Shown here: positions 1 to 12,350 of the stretch, one piece after another
Numbering within the stretch: position 1 is the first letter of the stretch
Layout of the letters: every line of letters begins with the position of its first letter
Assembly: GCF_004010195.1 (NCBI RefSeq)
Contig: NW_025214442.1
Span: forward strand, 1 to 43,971
Origin: Chiloscyllium plagiosum
Lineage: Eukaryota
DNA: 43,971 nt
Direction: 5' to 3'
The notes under the pieces: generated by a model
Databases searched by the model: none
What the model was told of the DNA's origin: nothing
Seen by the model: only the letters and a program-made list of their open reading frames with translations
Program-made: the position numbers and the translations under genes

Positions 1-593
1 ACTAGCCTATCTTCATGGTTTGAGTTCTCTCTTGCCTTGTTACTTCTTCCAAAGTGCAGCATCTCACAAATTTCAGTGCTATTTTTTATCGGTCATTAAT
101 CTGGCCATCTGAACAATCATTTGTGCCCTCCTGTAACCTAAGACATTCCTCCTCACTGTGACTCATCCGGCCTATCGTTGTGTCATCCACAACATTGTTT
201 ATCATTCCGACAACACCCCCCCCCCCGCCCCCATCCCACCTCCCCATCTCCCACATTAATATCATCAACAGTTCGGAGTAGCGAGAGGTGGGAGCCAGGG
301 GGAGGTGACGTTGGTGCAAGGTGATTGTTGGGAAGGCCGGTAAGTATGTTTAAACTTCTTACCTTCAGGCCAGTGAGGGAGGAGCGAGCAAAGGACTTCT
401 GGGAAGGGTAAGTAGAACAGTTTATTTTTGCGTGGTTTCGTTGCCCGAGACACTACTCGGGTAGTATCTCCCACCCATCTTCCTCCTCTAACCTAAATAA
501 AAAGTTGTGGGAGCCAGATTAACAAGGTAAGATAACTATGTAATTTCCTAATCCTTTTTTTTAGTAGTCACTTCGGGAGTTAGAATAGTGGGA

Positions 594-1495
594 ATGGAGT
601 TTAGGGCAATGGAATTTTCCTCTTGGAGGAAGTGGGAATAAGGATCACCACTAGTGTCCCTGCTGACTACATCGGTGGGAAGTGCACCCGACACCAGCTC
701 CTTGAAAACCACGTTAGGGAGCTGGAGCTGGATGAACTTATTCGGATTATTCGGGAGGCAGAGGATACTATTGACAGGACTTACAGAGAGCTAGTCACTC
801 ACCAGAAAAAAGATAAAGACAGATGGGTGACAGTTCGGGGACAGAAAGGGAACCGGCAGGCAGTGCAGGGATCCCCTGTGGCCATTCCCCTCAATAATAA
901 GTATATCGTTCTGGATACTGTTGGGGGGAAGACTTACCAGGGGAAAGCAGTGGAGCACCTGCTGCTCAGAAGAGAAGAGGAAGAGGAGCAGAGCAGTCGT
1001 CATTGGGGACTCAATAGTTAGGGGACAGAGAGGAGGTTCTGTGGGGACAAGAGAGACTCAGGGTTGGTGTGTTGCCACCCCTGTCAGGGTCCGTGATGTC
1101 TCTGATCGTGTTTTTGGGATTCTTCGGGGAAGGGAGAGGAGCCACAAGTCGTGATCCACATTGGCTCCAACGACATAGGTCGGAAGAGAGATAGGGACTT
1201 GAGGCAGACACTCAGGGGGCCAGGATGGAAACTTAGAGCGAGGACAAACAGAGTTGTTTTCTCTGGTTTGCTGCCCATGCCACATACTAGTGATGTGAGG
1301 AATAGGGAGAGAAAGGAGTTGAGAACGTGGCGACAGAGATGGTGTGGGAAGGAGGGTTTCGGGTTTTTGGATAATTGGAGCTCTTTTTGGGATAGGTGGG
1401 ACCTCTACAAGCAGGATGGTCTTCATCTAAACCACAGGGGTACCAATATCCTAGGTGGGAAATTCGCTAAAGCTATTCAGGTGTATTTAAACTAA
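594..1495 (+). pseudogene. CR1 ORF1 remnant: degenerate zinc finger, coiled coil and SGNH/GDSL esterase domain
   Basis: Frameshifted pieces: HQLLENHVRELELDEL (coiled coil), RAVVIGDSIVRG (GDS block I), IHIGSNDIG (block III), YKQDGLHLNHRG (DxxH block V); stop at 1493-1495. Confidence 0.88.
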
Positions 1496-1689
1496 TACAG
1501 AAGGGGGATGGGAACCAAAATTGTAGGACAGGTGCAGAAGGGGATGAGAGTAGGGAGTTCCAAAGTCAAGTCTCTGACTTTGGAAGTCCCTACTCTCATC
1601 CTCTTCTGTATCTGTCCTACAATTTTGGTTCCCATCCCCCTGCTGTATTAGTTTAAATCCACCTGAATAGCTTTAGCGAATTTCCCACC
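1454..1689. repeat. Long inverted repeat (115-bp arms, 6-nt loop) inside the CR1
   Basis: 1454-1568 is the reverse complement of 1575-1689 with 6 mismatches counted by eye; loop agtctc at 1569-1574. Confidence 0.95.
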
Positions 1690-4317
1690 GAGAATGTAGA
1701 GGAATGGATAGCAAGATGATTCTCGATAGGAGTGAGAGAGGCAGGGTAGTTGTCATGGGGTCTTCAACTATCCAAATATTGACTGGGATCAATACAGTAC
1801 GAGTTCCATAGATGGGTCAGTTTTTGTCCAGTGTGTGCAGGGGGCTTCCTGACACAATATGTAAACAGGTCTACAAGGGGCGAAGCCACTTTAGATTTAG
1901 TACTGGGCAACGAGCCTGGCCAGATGTTAGATTTGGAAGTAGGCGAGCACTTTGGAGTCAGCGATCACAATTCTGTCAGGTTTACTTCAGTGATGGAAAG
2001 GGATAGGGGTACTCCACCGAGCAGGAGTTACAGCTGGGAGAAGGGAAGTTACGATGCAATTAGGAAATATTTAGGAAGCATGGAATGGGGAAGGAAATTG
2101 CAGGGGATGACCACATTAAAAATGTGGAGCTTATTCAAGGAAAAGCTCCTGTGTGTCCGAGATAAGTAAGTACCTGTCAGGCAGTGGGAAGATTATATTA
2201 GATCACAGTGTGGAAAAAGGCCCTTCGGCCCAACAAGTCCACAACGACCCGCCGAAGCGAAACCCACCCATACCCCTACATTTACCCCTTACCTAACGCT
2301 ACGGGCAACTTAGCATCGCCAATTTACCTGACCTGCACATCTTTGGACTGTGGGAGGAAACCCACCAGACACGGGGAGAACGTGCAAACTCCACACAGTC
2401 AGTCACCTGAGGCGGGAATTGAACCCGGGTCTCAGGCGCGATGAGGCAGCAGTGCTAACCATTGTGCCACCGTGCCGCCCACTAAAGATATAGAACGCGG
2501 GAGTTGTGGTTTACTAAGGAAGTGGAATCCATGGTCAAGAAGAAGAAGAAGAAGGCTTATGTTAGAACAAAATGTGAAAGCTCAGTTAGGGCGCTTGGGG
2601 GTTACAAGGAAATCAGGAAAGACCTAAAAAGAGAGCTCAGAAAAGCCAGGAGGAGACAAGAGAAGTTGTTGGCAGATAGGATCAGGGTTAATCCTAAGGC
2701 TTTCCATAGGTAAGTCAGGAATAAAAGAATGACTAGAGTTAAATTAGGGCCAATCAAGGATAACAGTGGGAAGTTGTGTGTGGAGTCAGAGGAGATAGGG
2801 GAAGCACTAAATAAATATTTTTCGACAGTATTCACGATAGAAAATGAAGATGTTGGCGAGGAAGATACAGAAATACTTGCCTCTAGACTAGAAGAGATTG
2901 AGGTTCACAAGGAAGAGGTATTAGAAATACTGCAGAGTGTGAAAATAGACAAGTCCCCTGGGCTGGATGGGATCTATCCTAGGATCCTCTGGGAAGCAAG
3001 GGAAGAGATTGCCGCTTTGGCATTGATTTTAAAATCATCATTGTCTACAGGAATAATGCCTGAGGACTGAAGGATAACAAATGTGGTTCCCTTGTTCAAA
3101 AAGGGTAGTAGAGACAACCCTTGTAATTACAGATCAGTGAGTCTCACTGCAGTTGCTGGAAAAGTGTTGGAAAATGTTATAAGAGATAGGATTTATAACT
3201 ATCGAGCAAAGAATAATCTGATCAGGGACGGAAGCACGGTTATGTGAAGGGTAGGTCGTGTCTAACGAATATTATTGATTTTTTTGACAAAGTGACCAAA
3301 CAAGCAGATGAGAGTAAACCGGTTGATGTGGATTTCAGCAAGGGGTTCGATAAGGTTCCCCACAATAGGCTATTGTACAAAATGCAGAGGAATGGGGTTG
3401 TGGGAGACATAGCAGTTTGGATCAGTAATTGGCTCGCTGAAACAAAACAAAGTGTTGTAGTTAATGGAACATGTTCATCTTGGTGTCCAGTTACTAGCGG
3501 CATATTGCAAGGGTTGGTGTTGGGTCTACTGCTGTTCGTCATTTTAATAAATGACCTGGATGACGGCTTAGAATGGTGGGTTAGTAAATTTGTGGACGAC
3601 ACTAAGGTCGGTGGAGTTGTGGATAGTGACGAAAGATTTAGTAGGTTGCAGAGAGACAAAAATAGGATGCAGAGATTGGCTGAGAGGTGGCAAATGGAGT
3701 TTAAAGTGGACAAGTGTGAGGTGATACACTTTGGACAGAGTAATCGGAATGCAAAGTACTGGGCTAATTCTTGGGAGTACAGATGAGCAGAGAGATCTCG
3801 ATGTCCATATACACAGATCCCTGAAAGTTTCCACCCAGAATGACAGGGTTGTTAAGAAGGCATACCGTGTTTTGGCCTTTATTAATAGAGGGATTGAGTT
3901 CTGGAACCAGGAGGTTATGCTGCAACTGTACAAATCTCTGGGACAGCCACACTTGGAGTATTGTGTATAGTTCTGGTCACTACATTCTCAGAAGGATGTG
4001 GAAGCTTTGGAAAGGATGCAGAGAAGATTTACTAGCATGTTGCCTGGTATGGAAGGAGTGTCTTACGAGTAAAGGCTAAAGGGCCTTGAGGCTGTTCTCG
4101 TTAGAGAGAAGTAGGTTGAGAGGTGACTTAATAGAGACACACAAGATAATCAGAGGGTTAGATAGGGTGGACAGGGAGAGGTTTTTTCCAAGTATGGGCA
4201 CGGCAAACACGAGGGGACACAACTTTAAAGTGAGGGGAGATAGGTATAAGACAGATGTCAGAGGTAGTTTATTTACTCAGAGAGTAGTAATGGTATGAAA
4301 TGCTTTGCCTGCAACAG
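1690..4317 (+). pseudogene. CR1 ORF2 remnant (partial AP endonuclease + reverse transcriptase)
   Basis: ORF-track fragments 1831-2169, 2504-2713, 2729-3070, 3244-3786, 3731-3970 and 4086-4298 carry consecutive CR1 ORF2 motifs; interrupted by a SINE at ~2197-2480. Confidence 0.92.
2197..2480 (-). mobile_element. HE1-type tRNA-derived V-SINE inserted antisense into CR1 ORF2
   Basis: Reverse strand reads GGGCGGCACGGTGGCACAATGGTTAGC (A box), GGGTTCAATTCCC (B box), then V-domain-like TGTGTGGAGTTTGCACGTTCTCCCCGTGTC and a CR1-like tail; approximate TSD aagat(t)ata; CR1 sequence resumes after 2480. Confidence 0.88.
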
Positions 4318-6382
4318 NNNNNNNNNNNNNNNNNNNNNNNNNNNNNNNNNNNNNNNNNNNNNNNNNNNNNNNNNNNNNNNNNNNNNNNNNNNNNNNNNNN
4401 NNNNNNNNNNNNNNNNNNNNNNNNNNNNNNNNNNNNNNNNNNNNNNNNNNNNNNNNNNNNNNNNNNNNNNNNNNNNNNNNNNNNNNNNNNNNNNNNNNNN
4501 NNNNNNNNNNNNNNNNNNNNNNNNNNNNNNNNNNNNNNNNNNNNNNNNNNNNNNNNNNNNNNNNNNNNNNNNNNNNNNNNNNNNNNNNNNNNNNNNNNNN
4601 NNNNNNNNNNNNNNNNNNNNNNNNNNNNNNNNNNNNNNNNNNNNNNNNNNNNNNNNNNNNNNNNNNNNNNNNNNNNNNNNNNNNNNNNNNNNNNNNNNNN
4701 NNNNNNNNNNNNNNNNNNNNNNNNNNNNNNNNNNNNNCAGAGTGAATGTACAATATGAACAAGAATTAAGTATTAATAAGAAAGTATGTGAAATATTTTC
4801 TTAATTTTCAAAGGAAACCAGATCCCAATTATCCTGAACAGTGATGTTTGATTGTCCATCAATCTCACTTTTCCAACTCTATGCTTTTCCTGCCACTGAT
4901 GCGCCTTCTGGCACACCTCATCCTCCCTTCCTATTCGATCCTTACCCTCCTACTTCCCTTGCATTGCCTATTCTGATGCTACATACCCTTCCACTGACCA
5001 TCGCCCTTTACACTTCTCGCACTGTATTTCACACCACTTCCCCCCACCCTCCCTTTGCCTTTTTGCTCTCACACTAGATGCTGGAATCTGCTGATTTATG
5101 TGCTACTGGTGGTCATCAGTGAATGATGAGTTTATAATGATCAATGTCCAATAGCAACAGACAATAAGACGGTTGCCACTATCTGATGCACCTTGAGCAG
5201 GATAGTTTTGTTCACTATTGGTACAGAGTGGAGCTGCTTCCTGTCCGTCTGTCATACTGTTTAGTCAAACAGCCTCATCACCAACAGGACAAACACCTTC
5301 TGACAGAATCGTAATACCATGTATCAATTGTCTTTGGAATATTGTGAGGACATTGTTCTAACAAACACTGTTCTTGTCTTTTGCTCTTTATTCTTTCAAC
5401 TGATCTGCCCGTGTAATTTAAGCTGAGATCAGAGTGACTTCCCTTTCAATCGAAGCAGGACGTGGCTGAGGGTGGAATCAAAGACCCTGAGTAAAACTGT
5501 GTTTGATGGTAATTAGAGAAAATTCTGCAATGGAAATGGGAACAACGGAAAAAGCGGTCTCTGCAAGGTATCTTCCAAGTTGCATGTCATTCTGACTAGG
5601 GACTAATTTATTCTTACTTCATTATCGGTTGTTAAAAATCTTGGAATGTCCCAACAACAGCTCTGTGTGGATCTGCATTACTTGGATTGAAGAGGTTCAA
5701 GTAGGCAGCTCTCTGGCGCCATTTCCAGAGCTACTGCGGATGACAAATAAACTCTGCCCTTGCTAGTGCCTTCCAAAACCCTGGATGAATATGTCCTGCT
5801 TAAAAGAAAAACAAGATATTTTATGTTTGCATACTCTCATCTGAAGTTTCGGAAAGATAAGACCTTGCTGGATGAGTTTGATGCCAGTGACATCAGGAGC
5901 ATGACAAGACATTGACAACAATTGGAATCGTTAATTCAGTTAGTTACTTACAGATGATTGATTGTGTGATGTCAGTGCCACTGAGTTCAACATTTTCATA
6001 ATATGTAACGGTAGTCATTCTCATATATTTAAATTTTTCATTCAGAAGCCACAACCAAATACTCGAGAGCTAACAGAAATGGCAGCTTCACTGTTCCCTT
6101 TCAGATCAGACAAATATCCACAGTCCAAAAGACTAAGTTAAAAGTGTTGTAAAACCTTAACAGGTTCTGAGCAGAGAGAAACAGATTTAACTTATTGAGT
6201 CGAATATGAGTTTTTCCCAATAGGGTAATATCAGGCTTAATATTCTAACTCTGTTTCTCTTTCCAAATACTGGCTCATCTGCAGTGTTTTGCCACTGTAT
6301 TCTGTTTATATTACAGATTGACATTTTCCCCAGTATTCCCTAGCACAGTGATTCATTGTGGGGAGCAGAGTGGGAGTGGGAG

Positions 6383-6570
6383 TGGCATGGTGTCTCAGTG
6401 GTAAACACGACGGTCTCACAGTACCAGGGGCCCGGTATGCTTCCACACTCAAGACTATTGGTATTGAGCTTTCACATTCTCCCCCTGTCTGCAAGTGTTT
6501 TCTCCAGGTGCGTCAGATTCCTCCCACAGTCCAAAGACTTTCAGTGGATTGGCCATGCTAAATTGCGGAT
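6383..6570 (+). mobile_element. Degenerate HE1/V-SINE, 3'-truncated
   Basis: tggcatggtgtctcagtggtaaacac head; ttctcccc...ttcctcccacagtccaaagac...ggattggccatgctaaattg V-domain remnant. Confidence 0.7.
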
Positions 6571-7243
6571 CTGACACAATTTTGAATAAATGCAAACACA
6601 CAGGTACCAAAGATCTGTGGGGAAGAGAATTCTGACTCAAACAGTCTTTAGAGAATTTCTCCTTATCCCTGTTCCTACCGAGGTTGGAGAGTCATTGTAT
6701 CTTTTTCTAGTCCCACTCCTCCATCGGTCATGACAAATTATCAGTGGAAGCAAGTGTATGAGAGGGCAAATGATATCAGTCTCAGACTGGGTCAGGCACA
6801 GTGTTAGAAGCATGTCAGGCATGTTTCTTAAATTTGCAAAAACAATTAATCTAAAACAAAAACAAAGTTACTCAAAAAAATGAACAAGTAAAGCGATGGA
6901 GCAATGGCTGTGGCTTCTCAGGCAAGTTACATTTTCTTCCTCTCTGAGCTGAAACATATAATAATGTTACCCGAACACCAACATGAACCATGTAGTGTCT
7001 GGTTAAACATTCCCCTGATGGCATACTCCATCCCTGTTATCTGTTCCATTGAGGAGTGATTTGTAATTTATCTTTTGAAAATATTTTTATACGTGTCTTC
7101 ATAATTATTGTACAATAAATTCATGTCTTCAAAGAACTGAGTTAAAATGAATATATTGTTTTATTAAATTAAATCCTTAGTTTTATTCTCTCATTCTTCA
7201 GCTTCGCCCAGTACACTCTCCTCAGGGTCCTTTATGTTCAATA

Positions 7244-8410
7244 TGAACATCTCTTATTCTCAGGCCTGAAGTGCCCTGACCTTGTAGAGGCCATGGGGGG
7301 CATGGATATGGTTATTTTCCAAGGTCGGAGGGCTCCAAACGAGTGGCAATAGATTTAAGGTGAGAGGGGTAAGATTAAAAAGATACCTGAAGAGGTAACT
7401 TTTTTACACAGAGGATAGTGTGTGTATGGGACGAACTGGCAGCAAAAGTGATGGAGGCTGGTACAGTTACAACATTTAAGAGGCAATGGAGGGTATGTGA
7501 ATAAGAACCGTTTAGAGGATTATGGGTCTAATGCTGGCAAAGATTACTACATCAGATTGGAATATCTGGTCAGTGCAGATAAGCTGGACTGAAGGGTCTG
7601 TTTCCATGCTGTATGACACTATGAATCCATCCGGCCTTCATTCTAGCAAAGAGTAAAGTAAAACATCAGTGAAAAGCTTCTAAAACCATTGCATATTTTC
7701 CTTTCAGTTTAGGGGTTCATTACGAGAGACAATACTTCAGATGTAGTCTCAGTATTGTCATGTACAAATGCAGTAATACATCTTAATGATTATAACTAAT
7801 AGCCTTTGCATAAAACAGCAAGATTCTGAACATCTCTTATTCTCAGGCCTGAAGTGCCCTGACCTTGTAGAGGCCATGGGGGGCATGGATATGGTTATTT
7901 TCCAAGGTCGGAGGGCTCCAAATGAGTGGGAATAGATTTAAGGTGAGAGGGGTAAGATTAAAAAGATACCTGAAGAGGTAACCTTTTTACACAGAGGATA
8001 GTGTGTGTATGGGACGAACTGGCAGCAAAAGTGATGGAGGCTGGTACAGTTACAACATTTAAGAGGCAATGGAGGGTATGTGAATAAGAACCGTTTAGAG
8101 GATTATGGGTCTAATGCTGGCAAAGATTACTACATCATTTTGGAATATCTGGTCGGTGCAGATAAGCTGGACTGAAGGGTCTGTTTCCATGCTGTATGAC
8201 ACTATGAATCCATCCGGCCTTCATTCTAGCAAAGACTAAAGTAAAACATCAGTGAAAAGCTTCTAAAACCATTGCATATTTTCCTTTCAGTTTAGGGATT
8301 CATTACGAGAGACAATACTTCAGATGTAGTCTCAGTATTGTCATGTACAAATGCAGTAATACATCCTCATGATTATAACTAATAGCCTTTGCATAAAACA
8401 GCAAGATTCT
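7244..8410 (+). repeat. Tandem duplication, 2 x 583 bp, each containing a CR1 3'-end fragment
   Basis: tgaacatctcttattctcaggcc starts at 7244 and 7827; copies differ at about 10 positions; each carries a CR1 3' end (tttaaggtgagaggggtaagat...gggtctgtttccatgctgtatgacactatga). Confidence 0.95.
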
Positions 8411-9619
8411 ATACCCTTTTCTAATTATTGGCTGAATCTGCTGATTAGGTTTATGTGGCTCATGTACCGGAATGCACAAATCCTTCTATACCAATGAGTT
8501 CTTTGATTTTCTCTCCATTTAAGTAGGTTACTGTTATTTTCTCTTTTCAACACAATACTGACTTCTCTTAACCAACGTTATACTGTTTTCTGCCAGACTT
8601 TTGATCACTAACCTCCCCGTCTGTATCCCATTTCAGACTCTCCATGTCCAGTTAAATGATTATCTTTGTGAATGAGCTAACAGAGCTCCAAGCCAATCAG
8701 TCCTCTCATCCAAGTCATTGGTATAGATTGTAAATAGTTGATAATCTCACACTGATCCCCTAGGAAGTCAAACACAGTTACAACTTTACAACCTGAAAAA
8801 CCCGAATGTTTATTCCCTGATAGTTAACCAGGTTGCTCCTGTTGCTGGGTAGCAGTCTAGAATGGTTGGATGGCCTCATCCTACGCTGTGTAATGTACTG
8901 AAGCGAGTTGAATGACTTCAATCTATTCATGCGTAAATCCTTGAGGGCAGAAGGGTCTCCTCATAATGATGCTGACTGGCTGAATGGGATCTTTCTTTAC
9001 CCCTGTAACTTTACGGAGTGCTTGAGAGAACAACACATGGGTTAGGAGTAGCAGCTGGCCATTCAGCCCCTTGAGCCTGCTGCACCATTCGGAATGTACA
9101 TTGTTGATGCGATTGTAACTAAACATAATTTCCCTGTCTGTTCCTAATAAAATGGATTCTCTAGTTCTTCAGAGTTCCATGGAACTCAACCTTGAGTGTT
9201 TTCTGTAATCCAGTCTTCACTGCTCCCTCAGATTACACAACCCTAAAGAGAAAGGAGCATCCCTGTCTCAGTCTGAAATGGAAAGGTCATTATTCTCAAA
9301 ATGTGTTCCCCTCAAACCAATCACCATTCTTTTGATGTATGAGGAGTTGACAATTAGAAACAAATATCGACCACTCAGCCCCTCAAATCTGTCCACATTC
9401 CCATTAACTCTCCTAAACAAAATACTTATCAAATTCAGTCTCCACTGACCTCGTGGAAAGACAATTCCAGGAAAGATCATATAAGCAATGAACACTGGAG
9501 CGTAATGAGGCCATTCAGCCCATCTTTTCTGCCAGGACATTTGATCTCTGCTAAAATATTTCTGAACTCCTTTCTCCTGCCTTCTCCGACTAACCAATGA
9601 TAACTTAATAATTAAAAAA

Positions 9620-9790
9620 TGTATATATCTCTGTATTAAAGATCGTGTGTGCCTGTATATGGGGTTATGTTTGTGTGTTTGTGTGTAAATGTCCATATCT
9701 ACGTGCGTATCTCTGTGGACATGTATTATGTGTGTTAGTGTCAGTATCTCAGTTTGTGTGTACCTCTGTCTGCATCTCTGTGTAAAGTTT
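9620..9790. repeat. Degenerate (TG/TA)-rich simple repeat
   Basis: Interrupted tgtgtg/tatatc runs. Confidence 0.55.
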
Positions 9791-9879
9791 TTTTTGAAAT
9801 AAATAGATTGAACTTGGAATCAAAGTCTTCCTCCTCCTCTCTCTCCGTCTGTCCCTGTTGTTCATAGAGTTCAAAGAAT

Positions 9880-10185
9880 CGCTACAGTGTGGAAACAGGC
9901 GCTTCGACCCAACAGGTCCACACTGACCCTTCGAAGAATAACCCACCCAGACCCGTTCAAATGCTATCCTACGCTTACCCATGACTAATGCCCCTAATCT
10001 ATCCATCCCTCGGAACTATGGACAACTTAGCATGTCCAATTCACCTAACATCCACAACGTTGGACTGTGGGTGGAATCCAGAGCACCCACGCAGACATGG
10101 TAAGAATGTGAAACTCCACACAGACAGTCGCCGAAGGGTGGACACGAATCCGGGTGCCTGGTGCTGTGAGGCAGCAGTGATTGCC
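9880..10185 (-). mobile_element. HE1/V-SINE
   Basis: acagtgtggaaacaggc...ggactgtgggtggaatccagagcaccc...aactccacacagacagtcg...ggtgctgtgaggcagcagtg; homologous to the 2197-2480 copy. Confidence 0.8.
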
Positions 10186-11249
10186 TCTGAGTTCTGTGAT
10201 TATATTCATACAATACCTCCCTCTGCGGGACTACCCACACCACTGCATTGGTGGCACAGTTTCTACCTCTGAGAAGATAACAAATCCTTTGCTGTGAATC
10301 TGTCAAATTGCATGGCCGTTTGATTTTTCAAATAATATCTTTGGAAGCACAGAGCAGTTTTGTCTGATACTAAGCGATCTTGTTCCTGCGTCATCACCAC
10401 CACTAGTGGGCCTTTTTCAGGACTTCTCAATAATTTCTCACGTACCTTTTAAGCATTGCAAGTCACAGAATGAAAAGTAAATTCATCTACTCTCCTGACG
10501 AAATGGTTCACTCAGAGGTGAGCATTGCCATTCTGAAAGGCCCAAATAAATTTGCAACCCTCTATCTACCAGCATTGTGTGTGTGGGGGGGTTGTGTGTG
10601 TGTGTGTTGATGGTGCTGTCAGTTTTTGGAAGGTGCTGTGAGCTGCTGCCCTCTCTCCCTCCCAGACTGAATCCTCGAAGGTTATCACCCTCTGCCATTG
10701 TCACTGCAGTAGGTTGTGGAGATTGTGTCCTTTTAAACACCACAGAGACTGTCTGACCTGCACTCACGTATAGATATTCACAGAGTCAAATACAGATACA
10801 CAGGTACCGAGTGTTGGGGTGGGGAGTGTAGATGGATATCGGACACTCCACCACCCGGCTTGCCCCTTTTTGTCCTATTCCAAGCTGTTTCTCCTGGAAT
10901 AGGAGACGGGGAAGGATGGAGTGAGGGTGGGATTGTGTGACCGTGCTGAAAGTGCTGGTGTAGGTGGGGGTGGGGTGCGGTTGGAAGATGGTGACGTGTC
11001 CATAGGGAGTCAGTCAACAGTGCTGTATCCATCCAGTGCTATTAGTGAGGGAGATATAGTAGAGGGGAAAGAGAGAGGGGTGGCGCTGCATGCAGCAGTG
11101 AGAGTGTGGAGCATGAGCCTTGATCGGGGGTCGGTGCTATAACAGATAAGCAGTGAGTGTGAGGGAGCAGAGAGTATACGGTGACCCTTATCCTGACAGA
11201 GTGGGGAAGGTTATTGATGCTTGTCCTGTATTGCTGGACATTCCTTCAG

Positions 11250-11761
11250 ACCACAAATACTGCACTGAGCTCAGACCATGCTTGGAGGGTCTGGTGGTGT
11301 GGCCCCCTCTGGGAAGAGAATGGTCCTCTTCTGTACTAGCCCATCCCTCGTCTGTACTAGGACCTCTGTGCCCCTGCCGAAAAACCGTGGTGTAATTGCC
11401 CCTTATCTGCCATGCTCGGGGTAAGGGCAGCTCCAACCTGAGAAAGCTCATCCATGTTCCCATTGGCCTTTTAAAGATGGCACCAGTGCCAGGGATCACG
11501 GAATATCCAGGGATATACGGACGATGCTGAGTAACTACTGCCATTTTGGGTGGGAGAATCGGGCTGGCATTGAATGAGAAGGATAACATGGGGTGAGATG
11601 GGTAAATGATTAGTTGATTTAGATAAGATAGCACCAGGAAACTAGTTCAGCTTCGTGCAGAAAATCCCTATGTCACACTCAATAAAAATGTCACTGAGAC
11701 AAATTATTGTTAGATTCAACCCAATGAATCGAAGATTCTGCCAACCCCCACCCCAGTTACA
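11250..11761 (+). mobile_element. LTR-like interspersed repeat, copy 1 (probable solo LTR; 5' limit uncertain, may extend to ~10810)
   Basis: Homologous to 27894-28399; AATAAA at ~11681 and terminal ...CCCAGTTACA. Confidence 0.55.
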
Positions 11762-12254
11762 ACGCTGCAGCAGCTTGACCAATGCTTTCCATCACAGGCA
11801 AGGAGCTAAACGCAACCTTATCCTTGGGACATAAGGCAGTGGGGAGGGGGTGGTTGAGGTATCAGTGGGGGAGCACTTTATGGCAAGTCTTCAGAATTCT
11901 ATTTGTTTTAAAATAAAGATGGAAAAGGATGAAGCACATTTAAAACTTAAAGTTCTAAATTGTTGAAAACCAATTTTGATGATATTAACTAAGAATTTTC
12001 CAAATTCGATTGGGACAGATATTCTGAGAAAAGGGGGTCAGTTGCGAAGTGGGAAACCTTCAAAAATGAGATGTCAAGAGAACAGAGACATTATGGCACT
12101 GTTAGGGTGAAGGGTAAGGATGGTACGTGTAAGGAATGCTGGAGGATTGGAGAAATTGAGGCTCTGGTCACGGATAAACAGGAAGCATATGTCAGGTATA
12201 GACAGCAGGAATTGAGGGTTTTTCTTAATTCATTCACTGGATAGGCAAGCATCT

Positions 12255-12350
12255 CATTCCTGATGAAGGGCTTATGCCCGAAACGTCGATTCTCCTGTTC
12301 CCTGAATGCTGTCTGACCTGCTGTGCTTTACCAGCAACACATTTTCAGCT
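12255..12350 (+). mobile_element. 96-bp Penelope-like terminal fragment with 9-bp TSD
   Basis: Flanked by the direct repeat caagcatct at 12246-12254 and 12351-12359; body ends ...gctgtctgacctgctgtgctttaccagcaacac, shared with 43340-43380. Confidence 0.8.
12256..12291 (+). ncRNA. Putative minimal type-I hammerhead ribozyme
   Basis: attc-CTGATGA-a-GGGC-ttat-GCCC-GAAA-cg-TC-gatt: complete core boxes, perfect 4-bp stem II, minimal stem III with palindromic CG loop, imperfect stem I. Confidence 0.6.

Larger units (their letters stand above)
270..4317 (+). mobile_element. Near full-length, decayed CR1-clade LINE (5'UTR, ORF1, ORF2); 3' end lost in gap
   Basis: ORF1 fragments followed by ORF2 fragments: APE C-terminal half (LTQYVNRSTRGEATLDLVLGNE, SDHNSV), RT (KSPGLDGIYPRIL, KGRSCLTN, DFSKGFDKVPH, LQGLVLG, SKFVDDTK) and CR1 C-terminus (PHLEYCV, LFSLERSRLRGDLIE, TRGHNFK). 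Many stops and frameshifts; 5' boundary approximate. Confidence 0.93.

Noticed and set aside
2410..2480. tRNA gene
   Set aside because: A and B boxes belong to the tRNA-derived head of a SINE; no full cloverleaf.
4277..4804. Long ORFs crossing N-gaps (also 18432-19562, 34389-34761, 35464-36747, 41603-42069)
   Set aside because: Length is an artefact of N runs translated as X.
11188..11634. 148-aa minus-strand ORF
   Set aside because: No recognisable domain, lies inside the LTR-like repeat, and the second copy has indels and no equivalent ORF.
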